DNA from: Glaucostegus cemiculus
Taxonomy: Eukaryota
Reading direction: 5' to 3'
DNA length: 64,000 bases
NCBI GenBank assembly: GCA_976551045.1
Contig: CDPCPM010000410.1
Coordinates: 1,612,001 to 1,676,000 of the forward strand
Shown here: in pieces, positions 11,626 to 22,925 of the stretch
Layout of the letters: the number at the start of each line of letters is the position of its first letter
How positions within the stretch are numbered: position 1 is the first letter of the stretch
Made by a program: the position numbers and the translations under genes
The notes under the pieces: model-generated
What the model was told of the DNA's origin: nothing
The model's database searches: none
Seen by the model: only the letters and a program-made list of their open reading frames with translations

Positions 11626-12415
11626 GTCTAGTATTTTCATTCACTTTGCTAGATCAGAACTGAAGACATTTACTCAAATAGAGTTCCAACATTGTTATAT
11701 ATAATTCTTAGATTCTAATGCGAATGTTGAAGGGACTGATGAGCAAAAATCTAAAATCTTGTAATCTAAAACAGCATTTCAAAAATACAAGTAGACAGAT
11801 TACTCTGATCCATTGCCCTGCAACTCTTAACAAATGAGTCCAGCACTGGCATTCTATGTCAGATAGGTAAAAGTCTGAACAATTTATGGGGCCATCATTT
11901 TACTTTGGAACGTTAGGTGATAAACCAGAGAAAACATGGTGGTGGAGAGATCCCAAGTAAGGTCACGGGGCAAAAAGACATTTATCATTCTCTTGATAAG
12001 TTTGCATTTGTTCAGCTAACCCAGACTGCCCTTGTTTAAACTGGTGGCTGCAGCAGCAATTTCACTATGGCTAATAATATCATTCTCTTTAAACTGTTGG
12101 TGGAACTCTCTGTGGGTTAACATTCATCACCTTGAAAACCTTTCATTCCAGTCTGCACAGCAAAAATATAAAACCTTGCAGTGGGAGTTGTCAAGTTTAC
12201 ATATTTATAAAAGTTGAGTTTCAAATCTGATTGTTTAATTTGGAGAAAGCCTAGGATGAAAGGTAATGGACGATCACTAATTAAGAATAATATTATCTCA
12301 TTTTAATAACAAGATATAAAATAATCTCTTTCAAACAACATATAGTACTAATTGTACAGTCAATGACATAATCCATGCAACCAAGGTCTGAATGTAAATG
12401 ATTGATACCACAGGC

Positions 12416-12514
12416 AACACACAAAGGTGCTGGAGGAACTCAGCAGGTCAGGCAGCATCTACGGAGGGAAAAGGACAGTCGATGTTTCAGGTCAAGACCC
12501 TTCATCAGGACTGG
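12416..12514 (-). mobile_element. Penelope-like element terminal repeat fragment
   Basis: gtgctggaggaactcagcaggtcaggcagcatct... is the same end sequence attached to Penelope RT/GIY-YIG remnants at 53270-54565 and 39060-40055. Confidence 0.8.
12476..12513 (-). ncRNA. Minimal type I hammerhead ribozyme motif (Penelope-associated)
   Basis: Minus strand CAGUC-CUGAUGA-AGG-GUCUUGA-CCU-GAAA-CAUC-GACUG: 5-bp stem I, intact CUGANGA and GAAA core, stem II, no proper stem III. Confidence 0.7.
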
Positions 12515-12974
12515 TGCCATGAGTCTCATCTGTATGCTGACCAAATGGACCTGATGTGAAATGAGGAACTTCAATCAAGTTTGCAGTGGAATTGCAACCC
12601 TTGGTTCCATTAAAGGAAGTGGGCCTTTGCTGCCCTGGAAAACTCTGCTTCCTCAAAATAAGCCCTGGTTGGTTTCTGGAAGCCAATATTGTGCTGGTCT
12701 AGACCTGGCAAATTGTAGCAGGGCTTTCTTTGGATTTTTGCACTTGAAACTTACTGAAAGTTTTGAGCAGCCAGTGGTTAAAATTGATCTTTATGGTTTT
12801 ATATTTAGGGTTTGCTTTGTAAAATAATATAAAGTAATGAATATGTCAAATGCCTTCACATGAACAAAGTAATTTCTAACTACCCTCCTGTGTTCTCCTT
12901 CTAAGCATGGTAACCTCTGGCACTGCAATATGTGCTCAGCCGGACTGACAACTTCTTGTTTGCAGCAAGAATGG

Positions 12975-13140
12975 CTGATAACCTGAAACTTGAGTTCTGA
13001 AGTCTATACTGTGCCAAGATAAGGTGCTGTTCCTTCAGCCTACATTGACCTTTGTTGGAGGTCAGAGACAGGCAGATATATGTGAGAATGGAATGGAGAA
13101 TAAGTGATAGGCAACTGGAAGCTCAGGGTAACACCTACAA
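12975..13140 (-). mobile_element. Penelope-like GIY-YIG 3' remnant
   Basis: gataaggtgctgttccttcagcctacattg...gagaatggaatggagaataagtgataggcaactggaagctcaggg parallels 26810-26940 and 53470-53590. Confidence 0.6.
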
Positions 13141-13289
13141 ATGGAAATAAATCTTTGAATACGCAAAATATATTTGCAAACTTTAAAATAAAAACAATAC
13201 CATTAAAACAAATACAAGATTAGTTTTTAAGTTTATCCTCTACAAGTAATAATTCCTTTATAAAGTAATTTGATGCTATGGGTATGCCC

Positions 13290-13396
13290 ATAGAGGGCTA
13301 TGGGTAAGCCTAGTAATTTCTAGGGCAGGGACATGTTCGGCACAGCTTTGTGGGCTGAAGGGCCTGAATTGTGCTGTAGTTGTTCTATGTTTCTAT
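13290..13396 (+). mobile_element. CR1 3' tail, same subfamily as 6895-8036
   Basis: tatgggtaagcct...gggacatgttcggcacagctttgtgggctgaagggcctgaattgtgctgtag is nearly identical to 7948-8022. Confidence 0.9.
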
Positions 13397-15354
13397 GAGG
13401 CACAATATTAATGTTTATGTTACTCATAAAAAACATTTTCACTAGTCCACATTGATCTTGCTGATTTTTCCCCTCCTCCTGGAATGTACACATCTACGAG
13501 CTCAGCTAAAAGTGGACAAAGTTCACCCAAACAGAAGCAAACACACCCTGGATTAGCTACCCTAGTGCAGTGGCTTGGAAATTCTCTGTGGATTCATTCA
13601 GTTTCCTGCCATCATTCCAGCACAGACCCCATTCTCCCACTTTCAAGAAATAACTAATTGCCAATTTTCAGCTAGTTGTTTCAATTCTGAGGCGATTTCA
13701 CCAATCCCTCACGAAAGCTGTGCTACGTCAGAGGTGATATTGTTGCAAGGACAAGGTCTGAAATGTAGATGGAAAGTAGATTAGGGTGGAAAGCAGACTG
13801 GAAGCACAGGACTCAGTTGAATTCTGCGTGAGATTCATTCACAGATTAGGAGACAATCTGAAACTTTTAACACGTCCTTAATTCTTTGTAGTATGGGAAG
13901 CGGCTCCAGTTTATCAAGCTATCTCTCACTCACACTAAAGTAAATAGAAAATGTAGCTCTTCTATTTTAGAAAGTGGCACTAAATCAAAACAAAATCCCT
14001 GGTACTTAGTGCTTAAAGGGTTAATTTATTGTGGTTTGTTTTTTTCCATCTCTGTCTTCTGGCCACATTCCTCAGTTAGTCTTAATAATTTGGCAAACAA
14101 ACCCAGAAAATCTGGGGCAGACTTCAGGGAATAACCCTGTACTGCCCTCTGCAGCATGAAAATTAAAACTCTCTCCTACATTTTGTTTTTTAGCAGGGAA
14201 GGGAAATCTGAATTCTAATTAGGCTTTCAGCATTGCAACATTTTCCTTTATGTGTTATTTTGGAAAAAGAACTCTAAACACAATGCCTATTAACAAAATA
14301 TGCTGAAAGATTTGCTGAAAGAAGACAGAAATAGATATGATTACATGAATGGTACTTTGCTACATATACTGACAACATGATGAATTGTCAACCTGTAACA
14401 ATTCCAGGGTTGGTCATCTTTAAACTGTTTATTTACCACCATGATTATTACAGTTGTCAGGTTAAAACGAAAAGGCTAATCTGGCAGAGCATTCTTTAAA
14501 TTCTGAGCAGAATTAACTCTCCCAACCTTTGAAATTTCAATATACCTCTTGCAATTATATGTGGACAAGTAATGTCATATTTAATTTTTTTTTACAAGTG
14601 AGAATAATGAAATCAAAGCTGGTAGCATGATTTGTAGATCATAGTCTTTAAAGATACACCAACATTTAAAGACCTGTAGCATAGCTGGAACCTGATAGAA
14701 TGATCTATTTGTTTATTTTTAGTTGTTTAACTAAAGCATTTCAATTATTCATTAGAAATCTGAGTCAATTTGTTTTAATATAATACTGAATTAGATTTTA
14801 ATATCCTTTTGTGTCCTTGAAAATTAAATTGCATGGATTATTAGCAGGCTATATTGAGCAGTTCTGCATTATAAGGCTACAAGCTTTTGCTGGTCGATAA
14901 ATCTTAAGTGTAGGTTACACATGATTCACACGTCACTTAGATTCCACTTACACAGTTATCTTAATGACACATTTTCTTCCCTACTTCACCATGTTCTTCA
15001 CATTGATGTGTCTTCATGTCATTAACAAGTTAACGTCGTGAATTTGCAGTGGTGGACGGAGGTGGTGATTTCTGCTGCTCTCTACGAAAATGCGTTGTTA
15101 AAAACTAGCGGGCTGCACTTTAATGTTGCTGTCACTCACATTCAGTAGGAGTTTGCTTTGGGTTTTTTTTGTAAATGATGATGATCTAGCTTGTAAATTT
15201 AGATTTTTTCTGCTGGGTGAGTTTTGGCTAGATCATTTGAAATTCCATGCAAAATACCCTTTGAATAACAACATCTCTGACATCCTGCAAATCCTAAGCC
15301 ACCCCATAAAGCTGTGATCCCTGTTCCATGTTGTGTCCCAATGTGGTTGCATCA

Positions 15355-15787
15355 TGGTCCCAATCTGACTGGTTGCATCATGGTCTGGTACGGCAATTTG
15401 AATGTGCAGGAATGTAAGAAGCTGCAGACACATTCCTCCCCACCATCGGTAGTATCTAGAGGAGGCATATCTACCATCGGTAGTATCTACCAATGTCCAC
15501 CAGGTTCAAGAACAGCTACCTTCCTTCAACCATTCAGTTCTTGAACCAAATGGCACAAACCTAATCACTATGGTTTAGCAACACTATGATCACTTTGCAC
15601 TAAAATTGACTTTTTTGTTCTAATTGTGTTCTTTCTTGTAAAAATTGAGTATAATTTATGTTTTCCTTGTGAGTGCTGCTCATATGATGCTCTGTGTCTG
15701 TGATGCTGTTGCAAGTAGGTTTTTCATTGCACCTGTGTATACATGGACTTGTGCAGATGACAATAAACTTGACTTTGACTTTGAATC
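15355..15787 (+). mobile_element. Rex1/Babar-type LINE 3' end with internal deletion, (gacttt)n tail
   Basis: LTGCIMVWYGNLNVQECKKLQ; ends acaataaacttgactttgactttga. Confidence 0.85.
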
Positions 15788-18700
15788 TGGTCTTATAATC
15801 TTCAGAGCAGTACACTGTGTTTCCACTAAAACAGAGGTGTGAACTCATTTTTATTGCTTGTAATCTGGGCCTGAGTGCAGATGCCAGTGGGACAGGTTCC
15901 ATGCATTGGAAGTGGGTCCAGGTCTGATGAGCACTCTCATCCTCTGGAACATAAACTCTGAGCATCAGTGGGAAGGATGGCTCAGTTTAACAGCCCAGGC
16001 AAAATGAAAATGAGCATTCTCAGGAAACCTGTGTGTGGAGCTCCCTCTAGAGACAAGTAGCACACATAACTTAAAAAAAAATAGCTTAAAAGTGGTCTAA
16101 CAAAATAATACTGCAGACCTTTGGGGAAAGGTTTTGAGTTTGATTCCGAGCACATGGAGTTAGCTGAGACAATAGTCAGGGCACAATAATTAATCATCCT
16201 TAACCAGGGCCAAAGAGTGTCTGATCACATTGTGAAGTCTTGCTGGAAGGTGCATACAGAAACAGGATTGACTTTTAGCCATGAGTGCTGTTTGGTTGCT
16301 GCTGCTCTTTAAAGGTGAATAGTCATTTGAATGACAAACCAATGACCTGGATTTTATGAAGAGGTATTCACAAGACTCAGACTGTGCCTGTGCAATTGTG
16401 TATTCTGAAAAACAAGTTAATATGTTCCCTACAATCCCTAATTCAGTGTTCATATGAAAGTTCCTGCTTGCTTAAGTGCAAATGGTCTGGCATTTGCAAT
16501 TCTAATACACACACTGTTTTGCACACTGTAAGTATTAAAATATCATTCCCTTGGAGCTGTGAATGAAACTGTTGTAGATCCCCTGTGCAGCATCAATTCA
16601 ACATACAATTTCATGCACAAAGCAATTTTTACCCCATAATGTTTTAGGTGGCTAAGTTTGTGGTTCTTAATATTTGCTCTAAGAATTCTTTAAGTTATTT
16701 AAGAATGGAAAGAACCTCATCAATTAATGCCATTTTATTATAGCAAAAATAAGTTGCGTGACTTGTTTTAATTAACTTGTGAGAGTTCTTTTCACACCCA
16801 CAAGAAGTCAATAGAGGTTTAAGCTCTTGTATATACGACCTGGTAAGGCAACCATTAATTTCTAATAAATCTGTCATCTAAGTGTCAGATCATGTCAGCT
16901 TAGACATGCCAGCCAAGAAATTTAAACTGTCAACTCTAAAACTATGAATATGTTACTAATGGCAACACAAACACTACAACACTATTCTTAATACCAAGCC
17001 TGTCAGAACAAACTGCAGGTAATTCTTAAACCAATACTGGTAAATTGTTATTTGCTAAAAAGATCTGTTAGAGCCTGCAATATCTGCCTCAACTGTGACA
17101 TGTTTGCAAGCTTCCTGGGCTTTCACCATATATCAAGACTCTAAAATGCCATGTATTTGCACCATCTCCGCATCAACGAGTCCGAGGTTTCACTTGCTGC
17201 TGATGTTCAGAACTAAAATTTGCTGGATCACCTCATTTAATGATCCATGACTGACTCCCAGCAATAATTCCTGTGTAAACCAGAATACCCTACAGTTGGT
17301 GCTTTGGAAATTATAATAGAACTTTTAATAAGCTCTCTCTGGATGAACACTGCAACAGGAATGTAGGGGACTAGTGGTTAACTTGGAAAATCTTTAGATC
17401 ATTGATTTTATTGCCAGAAGTTGGTTGGCACATGGATGATTTTTATGTGTACTTTTCAGAAATGTCCTCTGCACTTTCTGGAATGGAGAGGAGAAAAAGG
17501 GGCACTGCAAGGGGGAACAAAATCAGAATTGTCTACTTTAATGAAACCAACCTCCAAACTGGAGGAGCTGTCACAGATTTTGAAGAATAACTATTATTGT
17601 GGTCTCTGCACTGTCCTTCGGTGAATAGCCTTGAGATAATTTATTAAAAGATCTATTTAAGTGCAAATTGTTTGCAATATCCATTCATGTCCATGATTTA
17701 ACTAGCTGTTTAGAAATATTACTGATAAAATAGCTAGTGATGCTTGATTTGCCAGAGATACTTGGGGGAGAAGCTAATGTAAAGAACTAATATATCACAT
17801 GGATATACCATCACATGGAAGGATGGAATGACTTCCTCCACAAGATTCTGCTGCAAAAAGTATCTCCCATAGCACAACACTAATAAACTAATTAATAAAC
17901 ATATCCATTGATGGGCAATTCATAGTCAGGAACAGTCCTGCTCTAATGATATTTCAGATGATGAAACTGACCCTTGCATAAGTCACTTTAAGGCTTCAGC
18001 TCAGTTCCACATAATCTAAAATATTAATAATACAGATTACTTATCATGTACTTCTCATAATGATAATTATTGGAAAAATTAGGGAAGCAGTATTGTGGCA
18101 GACCTATTGTGGTGTGACTTGGTGTCAGTGATGGTACCAAGATAATCATTCGCGAGGTACCTTTTATTGGGTCAATTGAGAAGCCTCATAATCTTTAGAG
18201 AAATGTATAATACATATACATACAGAGTTTTAAAAACTTACTTTGCTTGGCATGCAGTTTCCTCTCTCCCTTGTGCTTAATTCCAAAGGTATGAACATTT
18301 GCCCTTTACTTTCTTGTACCCCAAATGTATATGCATTTAAAGTATTTGAAACCTGAAACTTGAATCATTCTTGTAGTGCTTTTCCACTCTTCTTCCACTG
18401 TATAGGACAGCTTTCCTGACAATGTAAAGCAAGGCAGAACATCATTTCACCCTTTGCTTGGGTGATTGTAATGGACATATTCAGGAGTAAAAATTATTAA
18501 ACAAAATCCAACAAGCCATTCATTATGATTTCCCTCAAAAAGGTCAAAAGAAAGTAAACAGTTGAGCTAATCTCCTGTATGGTTTGTAAACATGTGATTA
18601 CTAACCTCATTTTAACATTGGAGCAAAACACATTAACACAACTATCTCCTCTCAAGCCAGTATGTGAATATCCATTTCACACAGGCAGCTCAAGCACACT

Positions 18701-19579
18701 TAAACCTCCTATTGTGTCTCCTCTCATTAATTATATTTGCTTTTTATTATGTGCTACCTTTTTAACTACAACCTCATACTTCTCATAATACTTATTAAAT
18801 GAGTGATATATAAACCTAAATGCAGCAGTATCCTGTTACTGCCAATTATCAGCTGTTTTTTTCCCCTCATTTCACAGCAGTTAAACAAACAGGGTCCAAA
18901 GAGTTTTAAAAGCTCAGTTGTTTTTTACTCAGATCAATGACATTCATGGTCAGCTCAGCATGAGGCAATAATGGATTCAATATATTTGCTTTCACAGATT
19001 CAGGAGATGAAGAAATCATGAACAGAACTATTTCAAAAGAACTAAAAAGTGAATGTTTCTTTTACTCACACAATATAGAATACATTTTGTAAATGAAATT
19101 GAATAATACACTGTAATCATGCATTGTTGCATCTCACGAATATTAAAAACAATAAAGCACGCTAACAAGGTTGCAATGGATTCCTTTGACATAACAATTT
19201 CAAAAATCAGTATATAAGGCCTAATTAAGATTATATTGATTTTCCAGTGCACTTGGGTATCAAAGAGCAGTTCATAAGATATTGGAAGCTGGTTTAATTA
19301 ATGTATTTCTGTTTCAGAAAGTACTGCATGGAGTGAAATAAGAGCTAAAAATGAGAAACTAACCAGATTAAACTTATAGAGTATCTGATGTTCCCAAAAC
19401 GAAGCGAAAAATACCATAAATATAACTATTGTTATCTTTGATTAGTTATTTATAACACTTTTCTCCATTAGTATTTTAATTATTTAGCACATTAAAATAC
19501 TTACTTCCCTCCTAGGTTATTAATTGTTAAATATATATGTTTTTAAGTTCCCTGGGGATGGTATGAACATCTGTAAGAA

Positions 19580-19670
19580 GGAAGCAGTTGCATTTTTATA
19601 GCACCCTTCTCAATATCAGGACTTATCAAAGCACTTCATTAATAATTAGGTCCTTTTAAAGTGTAATATG
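19580..19670 (-). mobile_element. Old SINE 3' fragment (DeuSINE/SacSINE1-like)
   Basis: ttgcatttttatagcaccctt...caaagcacttca...ttttaaagtgta; reverse-complement counterparts at 21110-21215 and 52290-52370. Confidence 0.45.
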
Positions 19671-22600
19671 ATTCTACTTTTATAGTCTAGTTATTCACAG
19701 TTCTACAAATGGATAAACAGTTAATATCAATTCAGGATATTTTCAAAGAACTGGGCACCTGGTCTCTTAACAACAGAGACGAGGTCATACAACCTCTGGT
19801 GAAAAATGCATATAGACTGACATCTACAGGTGTAATTTTGCGAGTAAATCAACATATAATAAATATCTGGACTTTGCACATTTAATTATCCGATGGCATG
19901 TCTTGTTCTTATATTGAATATTGTAACATTAATAATGCTATAAGATAGAAATAGGGAAATCTAAAAGAGTTTATCAGACAGCATCACAGGTTTCAGAATC
20001 AAATATGTTTATCTTGAGTACATGGAAATCTTCTGTTCAAAAGCTGTAGTAACTTCAGACCTTCATGACATCCCTCATTACCACAACAGCAGCAAACCCT
20101 GGTGATGATGGTATTCAGGGAAGCTGGTTGACATTTGATGAGTGCAGATCATTTGTCAGAGCAGTTGCAGTATTGCAGTCTGCATGCAGACAGTCATCTG
20201 GGATTTCTCTCTTTGAGTCTAGTGGAACCAGTAGTTCCAATGGTTTTAAATTTTAACCCTGCAGTATCCAAGGATTTATTTTCCCTTTCCTTCAATTCTT
20301 CCATTTACAATGTGATTAGCTTTATCACTAGCAACTCTATTGTTTCTTTCATTTGCATCACAGAGATGAATGTTCAGATCATTTATTAATTCTCAATTGA
20401 AGTTTATAGGTTATTGCATCCCTTAACTTATATTTTACTAGTTAGATCTTGACTGATTTCCTGCCTATTTTAGTGTTATATTATCAATTTCGGCTTTACT
20501 GTTTTGTTAGTTTTATTTTTTTATTAAAAGTTACCCATTCCAATGATAATCTTCAGCTGGAAAAGGGACCAAAGTAAGAAGACAGTAAATTACTCATGCT
20601 GAACCTCTGAACCAAAAAGATACATTATAACATTCATTTTCCTATAATCCTCCCATCTGCAATAAGCATAAAAAAACTCACAAGGGAATGGGTTTTCCAC
20701 CTAATACAATCTTTTCTGTCTGATTTTCATGTAAACTTTACCCCTGGCTAATGGTGGCCATTTCTCTTCAGGTGCCATGCGGGTAATAGTTGACTAGCTG
20801 CATAAAACACATGCATAAATTTGACCAGGAGATTAATGCCACTGTCCGCTTACCCACACAATCTCCAGGGTTACTGTACAACAGTCTCTTCCCTGCCACC
20901 GCAACGTATGAAATTGGAACAGGACTAGACCATGCAGACTTTAGCACCTGCTCCACTATAAAACAACATCATGACTGAACTTCTTTACAATTCAACTTTC
21001 TATCCCCTTAAACCCACAAGAAATCTATTGATAGCCATCTTCAAACAGACAGTGACGGTGGTGGAAACTTCCAAAGATTCACATCTTGGTACCAAATAGT
21101 CATCATGCTACAGTACTACAACACTGCACTTCAAAAGTACTTTACGAGCTCTTATAAAATCTTTAGGATGTCTTGAAAGAGATATAACAAGTGATATATA
21201 AATAGAAAGTTTTTTTTAAACCTTGAGGCAATGACTCCTGGATCCATGCTCTCTGGCCAGGGAAAACAGTCTCAAGAATGAGCTCAAGAATTTGACAGAT
21301 TTCAAAATCTCTCTTTCTTCCATTCTCCTGAGAATCTTGGCCCATTCTAGTCAATCCTTCTTATCCTAGGAATGAATCTGGTACACCAGTCTTTCTTCTG
21401 TTGCGGGATCTGCTCTTAATTCCTCTTGACTAATGCTAGAGAACATTATTCACTACATATCAAAAAAAGCAACATAAATCTTGCTAGAAATTTGGAGATG
21501 TAATTGAAAGACATGAATCTTTAAGTACTAGGCTCTCCCACAAGATTTATTAGGTCTCAAAATTTAAATGTTTGCTTTGAACAGCATAGACAACTGGAAA
21601 ATCTGAAATTCACATCAGAGAAATAGAAAACTTTACAATTTGCTTCTAAGTCAAATATTGCTTTGGGTATTCTGAATTACTCTGAAATAAACCTAGAATT
21701 TTGGTAGAAATTTTGGAGCAACATATATAAGTGGACAAAATATATGAGTGTGGACTAACAGTGATCTGCTTAGATCTTCAATATATCTGGTGGTGTAATG
21801 CTTAATAGGTAGTAAGTCACTTCCTTTGATTAAAGGGTTGAAGGAAAGAGAATTTACTAGTGCTACTAGGTAGCACATAATCAAGTCAAGGCTCCATTAC
21901 AGATGCCATATGTCAGATAGACTGTACAACTGCAAATTATCATATTTTCAAATTGTGAAAACCTTATAGTACCTTGAAAAAAGTTCAGAGAGTCTTGCAT
22001 CTCCTCCCAAAGCACTAAAACATGGCTTCTCATAAAAGCTTCATATAGATAAAGTTTCTGAAAGCTAAAAAAAGATACTGATTTTTAAGTCCTTATTTGC
22101 TTTGCCTGAATGGAAATTATATTTTTGGGAGCTTTATGTCAAAACTTTTGTTAAAAAAATCTAGCACTTGCATGCTTTTTATAAATACATAGAGTTTTAT
22201 GCAGCAGATAAATTACTTAGCACTATAGTTTGATACATTGGAACCTGGAAGTCTGTAGCTTGCTTCTGTCCTGCATTATATATAACTTTGTGGTGAAGGG
22301 CCATGTACTTCTGAGATCACTTGGCAAAATGGCACATTCACACTTATTGTTGTGTTATTACCACCATTAAAAGACTGGACACAATTTAAGTGCTACATTA
22401 AACAGATGAATGAAAAATGAGAAAATTCTACCTGTCATTTGCAATTGGAAGAACCAAGGAAACACACAGGTGATTGACATCAAGGAGATATTTAGGAGAA
22501 GTGTTGACAACAGGAGAAAAAAATCCATAATCCAGCACAAAATAGACAGGATAATTACAATGGAAGTGTGAAAAGTGTGGAAGTGTGAAATACTGAATTG

Positions 22601-22724
22601 AAGCTTGATGAAAATTGGGCCTCAGAACTCGCTTGGGCCAGCTTGGCAGTCAACACACTCCTGGGGAGACTGAGCGCTGGAGACAGTGGTGGAAGCAAAG
22701 AAGGTGACCAAAGATAACTCTTAA

Positions 22725-22925
22725 AATACAGCAGGTGCTGAAAATCTGAAAAAATAGTGCTGGAACTATTCAGCAGGCCAGTAAGTAATTGTGGAAAAAG
22801 AAACAGGCTTCACGTTTCTTCTGGTTGGACTTCCACCTTCGACTTGACACGTTAACTATGTTTCCCTCACTATACACATTGTCTGACCTAATATTTCCAG
22901 CATATTTCTGTGTTTATGTCAAATT
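22725..22925. repeat. Fold-back made of two inverted Penelope-type ends
   Basis: Left arm tgctggaactattcagcagg...gaaacag...cacgtttc; right arm gacacgttaactatgtttc...ctgacctaatatttccagca. Confidence 0.65.

Noticed and set aside
17460-17620. Possible exon (ttttcag acceptor, open frame KCPLHFLEW...CTVL, donor gtgaat)
   Set aside because: Weak donor, unrecognised peptide and no partner exons; expected by chance in 64 kb. RNA-seq would be needed.
20100-20400. Minus-strand coding-like stretch (…PLDSKREIPDDCLHADC…)
   Set aside because: Broken by stops in all frames, with no recognisable homology.
22561-22590. Direct repeat tggaagtgtgaaa x2
   Set aside because: Ordinary local slippage duplication with no associated structure.
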